A DNA stretch of 64,000 nt from Candidatus Kaiserbacteria bacterium (GCA_016182485.1 JACPGH010000005.1:305-64304); one strand, 5' to 3'; positions 51,981-62,125 are shown, numbered from the stretch's first letter. Notes: generated by a model not told the origin, from the letters alone. Program-made: numbers and translations.

Positions 51981-54080
51981 TTACGAGGAGGCTGCTCCGC
52001 CTCCGCTCGTCGGTGGGGGTGGAGCCGCAAGCTTCTCTTCTTTTTCAAGTATGGCCTCAAGCCTTTCTGTTAATTTAACGTCTCTTCCTTTTTTTGCTTC
52101 ACCTTCGATTTTCAGTTTTGCCTCCCGACGCGCACCTCCGACAGCAGTAGGCCAGTCATAGGGTGCTCTCCACATTTTCGGCTCTAGTGCCCGCGCATAT
52201 TTCAGTTGTGGCGCTGCAGATGTTTCCTTGATCTTTGTATCCAAATCCAGCGCAACTTTATCGTGGCGTAATTTCTCAATCTCGATTTCTCTACGGATTG
52301 GCTCTAGTTTCTCGCGCTCTTTCTTCACGAGATCCGCATGGCTTTCTTTTGCTCTATTGTATTCGTCCTGTCTTTCTGCCACATCGGTGCTTTTTCCAGA
52401 CTTACGCGCATCCTCTAACGCCTGGTACTTGAGCTTAAGCTCTTCTCTGCTCACGTTGACGAGCTCTTTAGTTGCCTCCAGTTGCTCTTGCTCTTTAGCT
52501 TCGAGCGGCTTCATATTTGTTTTATGCTGCCTTTCTTCCTCGCTCTTAGCGTTTTTCGCGGCGTCTTCTGCCGCCTTTTCTGCCGTCGTTTGCTTCAAAC
52601 TTTTCGCATAATCAACGCGGGCTTTCGTAAGCTCATCTTCGCGTCCTTTATAGCCGCCTTTTGGCGGGGCACCGGCATCAAAACCCATTTTCTTCCCTAC
52701 TGTGCCGAAGGTCTTAGTGCCACGGATATCGTATGTTGCCTTCGCCCCTCGATCTACAATTCCAGCCGCGAAACGGCCCCATTCAGAACGACCAAAGCCA
52801 CTCGACCGTATTCTTTGAGCCGTATAGTTGGAGAGACGCCCGACAGAGCGTCGGCCGACGGCCGCTGTCGCGCCGACTGTTAGCGCAAAAGCTGTTTTGG
52901 TCGCCCAGTCCGCGCCGAAGGCGGCCATTTTTTTCGCGGCTATGATGACCACGGCCAGGAGCCCCATCGCGACCAAGAAAGAGAGCATTACACTGCCGAA
53001 ATTCAGAATGCTCCCGCCCGGCTCAAACACCTCCGTGAAGCCGCGGGAATTGCTATCCACCCCGAAACCGGAGAGAAAGGATGGGTGCAGGATGACGCGC
53101 AGGGCGACATAGAGCAAAAGAAGCAGAACAGGCGCGGTAATCGCTTGTTGGAGGAGCATCTTCCACCAATCCTTCCCTATGCTTAGGTTCGGCATCACCC
53201 AGCTGGCGAATCCAATTGGCGCGGTGATAATGAGATAAAGCAATACCACGAAGCGCGCGATCAGTATGAAAGCAAGCGCGAAAAGCACGACCGCCGTCGT
53301 GAGAAAAAGCAGGATGCCGAGAAATCCTATACCGATCGGTGCATCGAGTATCGCTTTATTGTTGCCGTCGCGCATCTCGCCAAAGATGCGTTGCAAACCA
53401 AGTTTCGCCATTATGGCATTCGATATCCGCTCATCCGGGATCGAGGTTATGGCTCCCGTCACAGAAGCCGACTGCGCCGGGCCGCTATAGATCTGATTGT
53501 AGAATTGAGTCGCGAAGAGATTGCTCGTATCGATCACCGCTTCGGCAATAAAAAGAGAGAAGTTGATGAGCACGGCGGCCATGAGCATCTTCGGCAGCGC
53601 CTTAGACGACCAGCCGTAGAGGGGGAAGTTAAGAATAGTCGCGATCCCGGCGGCCAAAAAGCCGAATATTAGGATGATATTCCCTATGTCGCGCATTATC
53701 TGCCACACGAGGCCGATCGCGGACAATTTGTGCACATACGTTCCCATGGTCACCACGGTGTAGAAGACGGCGTAATTAAGCGTGAGAGCTGCTACACCCA
53801 TCAGCCATCCGAAAAGATTCATGACGAAGGCCATGACGAAGTTGTAGGAAGCACTGCCTTCGGGACCTTTGAACTGGGTCGTAATATTGCCGCCAGCCGG
53901 TGGAGGGGCGGTAGCTGCTGCAGTGCCTTGGGCAGAAGCACCGGTCTGTTGCACTTGTTCCGCACCCGCAGCAGCAGCCTCTGCATCAAGAGCTTGCGCA
54001 TGCGCGGCGGGCGCGTTCGCGCCCGCCGCGCCTAGCGCGATTATGACGAGTGGAACTGCTAGAAGCCGCCTGGTTATCAT
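51981..54080 (-). CDS. Polytopic membrane protein (~8 TM, signal peptide) with ~300-aa Lys/Glu-rich coiled-coil C-terminal tail; VirB6/TrbL-like topology
   Basis: Start MITRRLLAVPLVIIALGAAGANA with ATGA overlap to upstream gene (ORF-track extension to 54311 is spurious); TM1-3, ~70-aa loop, TM4-8, then charged tail ending PPPPTSGGGAASS. Confidence 0.6.
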   Translation of the reverse strand: MITRRLLAVPLVIIALGAAGANAPAAHAQALDAEAAAAGAEQVQQTGASAQGTAAATAPPPAGGNITTQFKGPEGSASYNFVMAFVMNLFGWLMGVAALTLNYAVFYTVVTMGTYVHKLSAIGLVWQIMRDIGNIILIFGFLAAGIATILNFPLYGWSSKALPKMLMAAVLINFSLFIAEAVIDTSNLFATQFYNQIYSGPAQSASVTGAITSIPDERISNAIMAKLGLQRIFGEMRDGNNKAILDAPIGIGFLGILLFLTTAVVLFALAFILIARFVVLLYLIITAPIGFASWVMPNLSIGKDWWKMLLQQAITAPVLLLLLYVALRVILHPSFLSGFGVDSNSRGFTEVFEPGGSILNFGSVMLSFLVAMGLLAVVIIAAKKMAAFGADWATKTAFALTVGATAAVGRRSVGRLSNYTAQRIRSSGFGRSEWGRFAAGIVDRGAKATYDIRGTKTFGTVGKKMGFDAGAPPKGGYKGREDELTKARVDYAKSLKQTTAEKAAEDAAKNAKSEEERQHKTNMKPLEAKEQEQLEATKELVNVSREELKLKYQALEDARKSGKSTDVAERQDEYNRAKESHADLVKKEREKLEPIRREIEIEKLRHDKVALDLDTKIKETSAAPQLKYARALEPKMWRAPYDWPTAVGGARREAKLKIEGEAKKGRDVKLTERLEAILEKEEKLAAPPPPTSGGGAASS

Positions 54081-55999
54081 GGCGCCTCTATAATCATCGG
54101 CGCCTGACAAGACGACTGCAACGTCTGCGCACTTACCGTGACGATATTCATTTGACTGAGAAGCGTGCCCGCGCCGGAACCCGCCTGCGCTTTCGCATAC
54201 TCTGCGTCCGCGATTGAAACCGAAGTCGCCTGAAGCGCGGTAGAGGCGCGCGCGAGCACAGACTGAACCTGCGCGGCATACCCGGCCGCGGCGCTCGCCT
54301 GACTCGGACACGAATTCTGCAGCGCCGTAACGCTGGCCTGCGCCGTATTAGCGGCCGCGATTATCGATTCCCAAGCCGTGCGGTACTGCGCCATGACACA
54401 GGAGGACTCGAGTACGCCGATTCTTAATTCTACGAATTTCATTTGATCGATAAGGGGCAACCCGTCAGGCGTAAGATAGTCGAAATTGGCAGCCGTAACT
54501 GCTCCCGAAGACTGGGCATCCGCTTCCGCCTGCGCGACATCTGAGGGAGTAGGTCGCATTGTTCGAAGCGCTTGCATATCCGCAACATAACTGGCGCTCG
54601 TATCGCCGCCGGTATTCAGGTCCGCTTGCATGCGCCCTACTGCGGCGCTCGCATCCGCGGCTATTCGCGCGGCCTCGGCGGACTGCGCGAACACCAATTG
54701 GATTTGACTCGGTACGCCACTGCCGGCTGCCTGAGCTGGACAGTATCTGGCAAAGGTCTCTGCATTCGCGCTAGCGCTATTCGCTGCGGCGGTAATGGCG
54801 TTCCATGCCGCCTGATACCGCGCGATGCGCTCCGACATGTCAGAACCGGAGGTTGGCAGAGTCGAAGCGTTCTCAAAGACGTCCGAAGCGGTCACCCCCG
54901 CGTAGCCCGGAGCCGATAACTGGCCTAGTGCCGAGGGCCTGCCTCCGGAAGATTGCGCCGCTCCCGCAAGGCCGAGAGAGTTCCCGTATCCTCCGATAAG
55001 CTGAGCTGATATGTTCAAGCTTTGCATAGCCGAAGCCACGTTGCCCAGAATCGAATTAATTTCAGACCCCGCTTCCCCTGCCGCCGCAAGCTTGTCTTGA
55101 TTGGCGCTCATTGCCTTGTTCAATGCCGCTGAAATAGAAGACCCGGGAGTTTTAATCGTGCCCGGCGAACCATCCGACTTCGTACAGTTGGGCGTATCAT
55201 AGGCAACGCCGGCATCCAGACCAAAATCGTCCGTTACCTGATTCGAAGCCAGATCCCCGCACCAAGAAAGCATTCCCTGCCCCCAATCAAGCATTTTCGC
55301 GCTCGCCGTCTGCGCGCTCGCGATAAGCGTGCTCAACTGGCTCTGCGAAGCGTTGTAAAGGAGATACGGATTGTTCTGCGGCTGGGTCGTAAGCGCGAAC
55401 CAGGTCCTTACCCCTCCCTTGGACCAATCCCCCGCCAGAAATGCGTTTATGTCCGGCGATGTCCGCGAGAGCGTGTCCTGATTGGCGGCGAAGAAGCCGG
55501 CGGCGCTAGTTTGCTGGAGATAATTCGTGCGGAGCGACGAGGCGACGGCTCCCGCGAAGGGAGAATCGGCCCGCGAGAGCTGCGCGAAGAAGACCAGCGC
55601 CTGCTTGTCGCCCACCTTCTGCATGTGCTCGTTTACGTTCTGGACGAATTGCGGCGCCCCTGTGCCGTTCGTCTGGCCCGCGACGAACGCCACTACGCTC
55701 GCGGTCATTGCCTGAAGCACGTTTCCGGACAAAATGTACGCAAGCGGCTTGATGATGTACTTGTCCGCCACGAGCAGCTCTAATGAGGCTTTGTTGGCAA
55801 GATCGGCTGCCTTTGATATTCCTGTATTGATGGCGGTAAGTATGCTTTTATTGGAAGTAATAGTGTTTTTGATGGCCGAAATCGTTTCCTGCACAGTGCC
55901 GACACCGCCAGTAACCGTTACGGCATTCGCGCGGCTTTTTTGCGGAGCGAAACCGGCAAGAGCGGCGAAAACGATAATTAGGATGAGTTTCCGATTCAT
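54077..55999 (-). CDS. Secreted Ala/Ser/Gln-rich protein (640 aa) with internal repeats and six spaced Cys
   Basis: Signal peptide MNRKLILIIVFAALAGFAPQKSRA; duplicated ~70-aa module (RYQAAWNAITAAAN... / QYRTAWESIIAAAN...). Confidence 0.6.
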   Translation of the reverse strand: MNRKLILIIVFAALAGFAPQKSRANAVTVTGGVGTVQETISAIKNTITSNKSILTAINTGISKAADLANKASLELLVADKYIIKPLAYILSGNVLQAMTASVVAFVAGQTNGTGAPQFVQNVNEHMQKVGDKQALVFFAQLSRADSPFAGAVASSLRTNYLQQTSAAGFFAANQDTLSRTSPDINAFLAGDWSKGGVRTWFALTTQPQNNPYLLYNASQSQLSTLIASAQTASAKMLDWGQGMLSWCGDLASNQVTDDFGLDAGVAYDTPNCTKSDGSPGTIKTPGSSISAALNKAMSANQDKLAAAGEAGSEINSILGNVASAMQSLNISAQLIGGYGNSLGLAGAAQSSGGRPSALGQLSAPGYAGVTASDVFENASTLPTSGSDMSERIARYQAAWNAITAAANSASANAETFARYCPAQAAGSGVPSQIQLVFAQSAEAARIAADASAAVGRMQADLNTGGDTSASYVADMQALRTMRPTPSDVAQAEADAQSSGAVTAANFDYLTPDGLPLIDQMKFVELRIGVLESSCVMAQYRTAWESIIAAANTAQASVTALQNSCPSQASAAAGYAAQVQSVLARASTALQATSVSIADAEYAKAQAGSGAGTLLSQMNIVTVSAQTLQSSCQAPMIIEAP

Positions 56000-57027
56000 G
56001 GCGTGTCTTCAGATTCCTCCATGATTGCCGTAATGAGATTCACGAATGAGGCGCCGCCCTCACCGGGTTTAAATGCTATCCCCGCATTTTTATACGCCTT
56101 GTCTATATCATTGAGAGCTATTCCGAGCGAGACGACCGCTTGCGGATATTGATAGAGTGCGAGCATTGCCGCCAGCGGGTCGGTATTCACGCGGGCGAAA
56201 TCTGCCGTGACTTCGCTCACGCGCATCATCGAGTTAATCAGGGTGAGATCGGCGGCCGCCAGTTCTTTAGGCACTGGCAGTACTGCGAGCCCCAACGCTG
56301 ATCCACGATACGCCTTGGCTATAGAAGCTATATGGGCGGGCGCCGAGGTATCTCCGTTCTCAAGGGCGCTTTGAAGATAATTGAGCTCGCTAGTGGTGGC
56401 GTTGCTCGTGTTATTGAGAAGTACCGCTTCGGCATTCACGGCAAATTCTTTTAATGCCGCCTGGCTGGAACCGGAAATTTTTAAGTCTCTCTCCGTTTTG
56501 AAATCGGGCGCCGAGCTTATTGACTGCGAGAGCAATCCCAGGACTTGGTCGGCGACCGCGTTGACATCGGCCTGCGAGAGGGCCGCCCCGCCTTTCGCGC
56601 GTTTCGCCTCCAGATAGGCGGCGAGAAAATTGCGCGAAAAGGCCGCGGTCAGCGTATTTTCTCCCGGCACTGGCGGCAAAGACGAATCTAGCGCAGCAGA
56701 AGAAGAAGTAGCTACCGAGATGTCCGCCAGAGCTTTCGGCACGATTAGGCCCTTTGCGACCGCCTCGCCGTCCGGCATCCCGAGACGGAAGGAATCAGCT
56801 ACGTTTGCATCCGTCCCGTAGAGCGCCTCCTCCCAATCGGGCAAACCGTCCGAGTCTGAATCGCGCGTCGCGATCGCATTCAGAAGCGCCGACTCGGCAC
56901 TAGCCGCTGCTCCGGGAGGCGAGCCCACTCCCCTCGCGAGGACGAACGCGCCCGCAATAAGCGCGGCGGAGATAAATACGGCGAGCGGGATGCGCAAATT
57001 TCCGAGAATCCTCCCCATGATATTCAT
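55996..57027 (-). CDS. Membrane-anchored extracytoplasmic protein (343 aa) with DSDSDGLPDWEE calcium-binding-like motif
   Basis: N-terminal TM LRIPLAVFISAALIAGAFVLA; Asp-rich type-3-like repeat; first gene of operon; ATGA overlap with next gene. Confidence 0.55.
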   Translation of the reverse strand: MNIMGRILGNLRIPLAVFISAALIAGAFVLARGVGSPPGAAASAESALLNAIATRDSDSDGLPDWEEALYGTDANVADSFRLGMPDGEAVAKGLIVPKALADISVATSSSAALDSSLPPVPGENTLTAAFSRNFLAAYLEAKRAKGGAALSQADVNAVADQVLGLLSQSISSAPDFKTERDLKISGSSQAALKEFAVNAEAVLLNNTSNATTSELNYLQSALENGDTSAPAHIASIAKAYRGSALGLAVLPVPKELAAADLTLINSMMRVSEVTADFARVNTDPLAAMLALYQYPQAVVSLGIALNDIDKAYKNAGIAFKPGEGGASFVNLITAIMEESEDTP

Positions 57028-57083
57028 AGTGAAGTATAGCAGTCAGGAACGGAAACTGAGCGGAAGCCCCCGTGTTCTGTGTA

Positions 57084-58019
57084 TTAGCGAAATTCTGCCC
57101 GGCCGGCCGAGAGCCACGTCTCAAGCGGCAGGTCCTCTGCTCGGGCGCTCTCGGGAATGCCGGCGGCCTGAAGGGCTTTCGCCGAAATGACGGAGGCGCG
57201 GATGAGATTATTCCTCACTAATTTGCGCTTATGCGCGAAGCCGGCGTGCAGGAGCTCGAAAAAATGCTTTTCTTCTTTGGCATTTTTGAAATTTCTGCGC
57301 GAGATATCCCGAATGGCAAGGACGGCGGAATCCACTTTCGGGGCGGGCCGGAATGCGCCGCGCGGGACGGTAAATTCGTATCGCGGCGTGCCATAGGCTT
57401 TGACCGAAAGCGAGAGGAGGCTTTCCTTGCCCTTCGAAGCTTTAGCGGAGTAGGGTTTGCCCGAGCGCGCAACCCGTTCAGCCACTTCTTTCTGTACGAG
57501 AAGCATCATAGACCTCGGCTGATTGCGCGCTTCGAGAAACATGCGGATGATCTCGCCCGTGAGATAGTAAGGAATGTTCGCTATCACATGATAACCATCT
57601 TTTACGCTATAGCGTGAATTAAGGTTATGCCCGACCCAATCGCGGATGTCGGCGTGCACGAGCTCGAGGCGGCCGCCCGCGATTTCTTTTGCAAAAGTTT
57701 CCTTCAATTCTGCAACGAGCGCCGCGTCCATTTCGACAGCGATTACTTTTTTGGCTCGCGCGAGAAGCGCTTTAGTCAAGATGCCCCGGCCGGGCCCGAT
57801 TTCGAGCACGGTAGCATCTTTCGGCAGCTCGGCGGATTTTACGATCCGCTCCGCGATGCGCGGATGCATGAGAAAATGCTGGCCGAGCGATTTCTTGGGG
57901 CGTGAAGCCCGCAGGTTGAAAAGAGAGTTGAATTGGCCTAGCGGCCGGAGCGCTCTCTTTTCGGCCTGTGGGCGAACGCCCCTACGCCTCAATAGTTTCC
58001 TCGGCATCCGATTCATCAT
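57084..58019 (-). CDS. rsmA: 16S rRNA (adenine1518/1519-N6)-dimethyltransferase RsmA/KsgA with ~45-aa basic N-terminal extension
   Basis: KKSLGQHFLM, VLEIGPGRGILT SAM motif. Confidence 0.85.
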   Translation of the reverse strand: MMNRMPRKLLRRRGVRPQAEKRALRPLGQFNSLFNLRASRPKKSLGQHFLMHPRIAERIVKSAELPKDATVLEIGPGRGILTKALLARAKKVIAVEMDAALVAELKETFAKEIAGGRLELVHADIRDWVGHNLNSRYSVKDGYHVIANIPYYLTGEIIRMFLEARNQPRSMMLLVQKEVAERVARSGKPYSAKASKGKESLLSLSVKAYGTPRYEFTVPRGAFRPAPKVDSAVLAIRDISRRNFKNAKEEKHFFELLHAGFAHKRKLVRNNLIRASVISAKALQAAGIPESARAEDLPLETWLSAGRAEFR

Positions 58020-60033
58020 AGAGCATTGCGCCGCCCGTGCGCGGGATATCGGCGAGAAAAGAGGACGGTTCGGTAATGGAATCGCTGCCGTAGATCTTGC
58101 GGACGCGCGCGAGCGTGAGTATAAGCCGTTCTTTCGCCCGGGTCATCGCGACGTAAAATAGCCGCCGCTCCTCTTCCTCGTCGCGCTCTCGTCCCCCCGC
58201 CTGCGAATCTCCGCCGATATTTTCATGCGGGAAAAGCCCTTCTTCCATGCCGCTTACGAATACCGTCTCGAACTCAAGCCCCTTGGCGGCGTGCACGGTC
58301 ATCATCGTGACTCCGCGCTTCTCTCCTCCTTGCCCCGAGCGTGTTGAGGGGTGGTCCATCTCGTCCTGATCGCTCGCGAGCGCCGCCTCGGCGAGAAAGG
58401 CCGCTATCCCCTCTTTCCCAGGAGTACCGTCATGACGCGCGGCTACTGAAGCGAGCTCCTCGATATTCTCGAACCGCTCGCGATCCTCCTCGCTTCCTTC
58501 GTCGAGCAAAGTTTTGCGCATGCCGCTCTTCTCTACTACGAGCTTGGCAAACTCCGAGGGAGCGAGCGTTTCGGCGGCGCGCGAAAGCTCTGCGATAAGC
58601 CGTTCGAACTGCTCTATCTTGGCCAGCTCGCCCGCGCGCAGATCGCCCCTCTTACCGGCAAGCAGTTTCCCCAAGGTCACCTTGCCGATGCCGCGCGGCG
58701 GCGACGCCGCCGCGCGCATCTTATCGGCTTCGCGCGAAGGATCGAGCGCAAGGCGCATCCAAGCGAGCGCGTCTTTCACCTCCTTGCGCGCGAAGAAGCG
58801 CGTCCCAAGGAGCTTGTACGGCACCCCGGCGCGCAAAAGTCCCTCCTCGAGCGCCCGCGACTGGAAATTGGTTCTGAAAAGTATCGCGATATCTTCCGGT
58901 TTCCGGCCTTCGAGCATCAAGCCTCTTATCCGTCCAGCTATCCAGAGTGCCTCGTCCTCCGCGTTTATGGCGCAGTGCAAGAGGATGGGCGCGCCGGCGG
59001 AGTTCTCCGAGGTGGACTTTTTTTCTTTGCGGTTCTTGTTCTGCGCTATAACGGCATTCGCGGCCTCGACCAGGTTCTTCGTCGCGCGATAATTGCGCTC
59101 CAGAACGATGGTCTGCGCGCCGGGATAGCGCTTTTCGAAATTGAGTATGTTCTCCATCTTCGCTCCTCGCCATCCGTATATTGCCTGATCGCCATCGCCG
59201 ACCACAAACAGATTCCTATGCTTTTCTGCAAGCAAGCCGGCCAGTCGTTCCTGCAAATCGTTCGTGTCCTGATATTCGTCTATATGGATATAACGCCAGC
59301 GGTCCTGCGCAAGCGCGCGAATATCTTCGTATTGCTCGAGCAGTCGGACGGGCAGCGCGATAAGATCGTCGAAATCGAGCGCTTTCTCGGCCGAAAGTGT
59401 CTTTTCATACCGCTGCCAAACCTCCGCTACGATCCGGTTGCCGAAGCTCGACCGGCTATGCTTCTCATAAAAGTCCGCCGCGCGCAGTCCTTCTCCCTTA
59501 CTTCGGGAGATGCGGGAGAGAACGGCTCTCGGCGACAGCTCTTTCGCCCCCACATCAAGCGCCTTAAGCGCCGCCGCGACCGCCTTTTCCGAATCGTCGC
59601 GGTCATAAACGCTGAAATAGCGCGGGATGCCGATCCGCGAGCCATAAGTTTCAAGCAGGTAACGTCCGAGGCCGTGGAATGTGCCGATGAAAGGCATCCC
59701 GGCAGGTGCTGTTAGTCGGCTCACGGTGGACGGCTCATACCCGAGCATCTTTTGAACCCGCTCTCTCATTTCTCTCGCGGCTTTGTTCGTGAACGTGATC
59801 GCGAGGATAGTCTGCCCCGGCACGCCTTCTCTTATCAAATGATAGATCCGGGTCGTAAGCACGCGCGTTTTCCCCGAGCCGGCGCCGGCCAGCACCGAAA
59901 CGGGGCCGTCTCCCGCCAAGACGGCGCGCTTTTGCGCTTCGTTCAATCCTTCGAGGTACTTCACGTTCCGACTATACCCCAAAAACCGCTTTCCCCAACG
60001 TCCCGGGGAGCCGGTTGACCGCACGGCCGGCAT
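57982..60033 (-). CDS. UvrD/PcrA-family ATP-dependent DNA helicase
   Basis: Motif I AGAGSGKT, later helicase motifs; overlaps rsmA start. Confidence 0.9.
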   Translation of the reverse strand: MPAVRSTGSPGRWGKRFLGYSRNVKYLEGLNEAQKRAVLAGDGPVSVLAGAGSGKTRVLTTRIYHLIREGVPGQTILAITFTNKAAREMRERVQKMLGYEPSTVSRLTAPAGMPFIGTFHGLGRYLLETYGSRIGIPRYFSVYDRDDSEKAVAAALKALDVGAKELSPRAVLSRISRSKGEGLRAADFYEKHSRSSFGNRIVAEVWQRYEKTLSAEKALDFDDLIALPVRLLEQYEDIRALAQDRWRYIHIDEYQDTNDLQERLAGLLAEKHRNLFVVGDGDQAIYGWRGAKMENILNFEKRYPGAQTIVLERNYRATKNLVEAANAVIAQNKNRKEKKSTSENSAGAPILLHCAINAEDEALWIAGRIRGLMLEGRKPEDIAILFRTNFQSRALEEGLLRAGVPYKLLGTRFFARKEVKDALAWMRLALDPSREADKMRAAASPPRGIGKVTLGKLLAGKRGDLRAGELAKIEQFERLIAELSRAAETLAPSEFAKLVVEKSGMRKTLLDEGSEEDRERFENIEELASVAARHDGTPGKEGIAAFLAEAALASDQDEMDHPSTRSGQGGEKRGVTMMTVHAAKGLEFETVFVSGMEEGLFPHENIGGDSQAGGRERDEEEERRLFYVAMTRAKERLILTLARVRKIYGSDSITEPSSFLADIPRTGGAMLYDESDAEETIEA

Positions 60034-60282
60034 CGAGTATTATGTTCCCATTAACTGATACGGAGGCATTCAAGAAATGGCTTATATGCTGAATGTAAGC
60101 CATTTTTGTATTCAGGCTGATCCGCCGAAAGACCCCGAGCGCCTATAAATCTGAAACCAAAATCTTACGGGCGATTCTCGCCGCAAAGCAGGCTCGCATG
60201 GCAACTCGTCGCCGGGCTGGCGATTATCGCTATCGTAATAGCGCCCAAGCATGCGGGCGCTTTCTGGCCGTTCTCTACCCGA

Positions 60283-61221
60283 GTGGATGCCGCGGCGAGC
60301 GCGCTCGTGCCGAGCGCCTCGACTCCGGCCTTGGTCGCCTCGACGAACCGCGACCCGAACGTGAGCATGCCGATCGCGCTCGCGACTTCAGGCAACACGG
60401 CGCTCCTCCCCTTCAGCGGCCCCGCCGGCACCTTGAGCGACGTGGCGAGCGCGCCTCCTCCCGATCGCATTTCGATATACGTAGTGCGTCCGGGCGACAC
60501 GCTTTCTGAGATCGCCGACATGTTCGGCGTGTCGGTCAATACCATCAAATGGGCGAATGACTTAAAGAGCGCGGGCGCCGTGCACCCGGGCGATACGCTT
60601 CTCATCCTGCCTATTTCCGGCGTTCAGCGCACCGTCGCGAAAGGAGATACTTTGAAATCCATCGCCAAAAAATACAATGCGGACGCGGAAGAAATCGCCC
60701 GATTCAACGGACTCGACCCCGCTCTCCCGCTTGCGATCGGCTCGACAGTCATAATACCTGGCGGCGAAGTAGCGCCTGCGCCTGCTCCCGTAAGGCCTGA
60801 AGGCAGTAACCTTGCCGCCAGAGGCGGCGGAGCAATACAATCCGGCTACTTTAGCAATCCCATCCCGGGCGCCGTAGTTACGCAGGGGCTGCACGGCTGG
60901 AACGGCGTAGACTTCGGCGCTCCGCGCGGCACGCCTATTAAGGCTGCCGCTAACGGAGTAGTCATCGTCTCTAAAAATGGCGGTTGGAACGGCGGATATG
61001 GCAAATATGTCGTTATCACTCATGAGAACGGGACGCAGACGCTCTATTCACACAACAGCAGCAACAGCGTCAGTGTGGGACAGCCGATCGCGCAGGGCCA
61101 AGTTATCGGCTACGTCGGTTCTACCGGCGAATCGACCGGCCCGCACCTCCACTACGAAGTCCGCGGCGCGGCCAATCCTTTCCGGAACTGCTCGATCGGC
61201 AGGGTCTGTTATGCCCAATAA
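60283..61221 (+). CDS. LysM(x2)-M23 family peptidoglycan metallopeptidase
   Basis: Two LysM repeats, M23 motifs HxxxD...HLHYE; GTG start in ORF track; in-frame upstream signal peptide lacks a canonical start (see findings). Confidence 0.8.
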   Translation: MDAAASALVPSASTPALVASTNRDPNVSMPIALATSGNTALLPFSGPAGTLSDVASAPPPDRISIYVVRPGDTLSEIADMFGVSVNTIKWANDLKSAGAVHPGDTLLILPISGVQRTVAKGDTLKSIAKKYNADAEEIARFNGLDPALPLAIGSTVIIPGGEVAPAPAPVRPEGSNLAARGGGAIQSGYFSNPIPGAVVTQGLHGWNGVDFGAPRGTPIKAAANGVVIVSKNGGWNGGYGKYVVITHENGTQTLYSHNSSNSVSVGQPIAQGQVIGYVGSTGESTGPHLHYEVRGAANPFRNCSIGRVCYAQ

Positions 61222-61284
61222 AACGTACGACTAGGACGAACGCCCTCTGATTTCCTTACAGGCCGCTCTTAAATCCGAGAAAAA

Positions 61285-61761
61285 CTAGTCTTTCTTTTCA
61301 ACGACCTGCCCGTTCGGAAGCCGCACGTAACCGGCTTTCATGATCATTTCTCCAACGATATCGCGCGGCGCTTCCCTTTTTAATTGCGAACCCGACATGC
61401 CGCCAATTTTTACCCTCTTAGCGAAGCTCGCGATGAGCCGGCTGCATTCCTCGGCAAGCGAATTTAAATGTTTAAACGTTTCAATATTTAAATATCCTAT
61501 GTCAGAAGCGACATATAACTGGGCGCGCACTTCCCCGGCGGACGCCTTAGCGATGTACAAATAATTCAAGAATTCGTACTTTGTGCCGCTCTCAAATCCT
61601 TCCGCTATGTTGGAGACGATCGATACCGATGCGCGCTGAATTTGGTCGCGGAAGCCGTTGTCTCTGCACGCTGTGAACGCTTTATAAACAAGTTTCGTGA
61701 GCTCACGCGCTTTCTTAAACATCATTAGGTCTTCAAATCTTTGTATGGTTGCCATCTTCAA
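61285..61761 (-). CDS. Four-helix-bundle protein (23S rRNA intervening-sequence protein family)
   Basis: Conserved IVSNIAEGF...Y..A.(S/G)S..E family signature; TTG or ATG (61755) start; AT-rich relative to surroundings. Confidence 0.75.
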   Translation of the reverse strand: MKMATIQRFEDLMMFKKARELTKLVYKAFTACRDNGFRDQIQRASVSIVSNIAEGFESGTKYEFLNYLYIAKASAGEVRAQLYVASDIGYLNIETFKHLNSLAEECSRLIASFAKRVKIGGMSGSQLKREAPRDIVGEMIMKAGYVRLPNGQVVEKKD

Positions 61762-61835
61762 ATGTTTAAATGTTTAAATGTTTAAATGTTTAAATGTTTA
61801 AATGTTTAAATGTTTAAATGTTTAAATGTTTAAAT
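61760..61835. repeat. (AAATGTTT)x9 perfect tandem octamer repeat abutting the start of the four-helix-bundle gene
   Basis: aaatgtttaaatgttt... 72 bp, then aaatttc. Confidence 0.9.
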
Positions 61836-61847
61836 TTCTGCGAATAA

Positions 61848-62096
61848 TCAGCCCGAAAGTAGATCCAAATCCACTTCCAAATCTTCAATTTTGGTTTTAA
61901 TTAGCTTTTTTGCGTCGTTAAGCGCCTTCTTGTATATATGTTCGCCCATAGATCGTAAAAAGAAATCGAGTATCTGCTCAGCGGCTACAAAGCCGATTAT
62001 TTCATCTCGTTCATTTTGAAAGAAACTGATTATCTCGTTCAAGTATGCGGTCTTGGCTTCTTTCGAAGCAAAATCGAATTTGTTTTTCTTTTCCAT
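61848..62096 (-). CDS. DUF2164-like small protein (82 aa)
   Basis: Lys/Glu-rich helical; AT-rich codon usage like neighbour gene. Confidence 0.5.
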   Translation of the reverse strand: MEKKNKFDFASKEAKTAYLNEIISFFQNERDEIIGFVAAEQILDFFLRSMGEHIYKKALNDAKKLIKTKIEDLEVDLDLLSG

Positions 62097-62125
62097 AATT
62101 TACATTTTTACATATTTAAATATTT

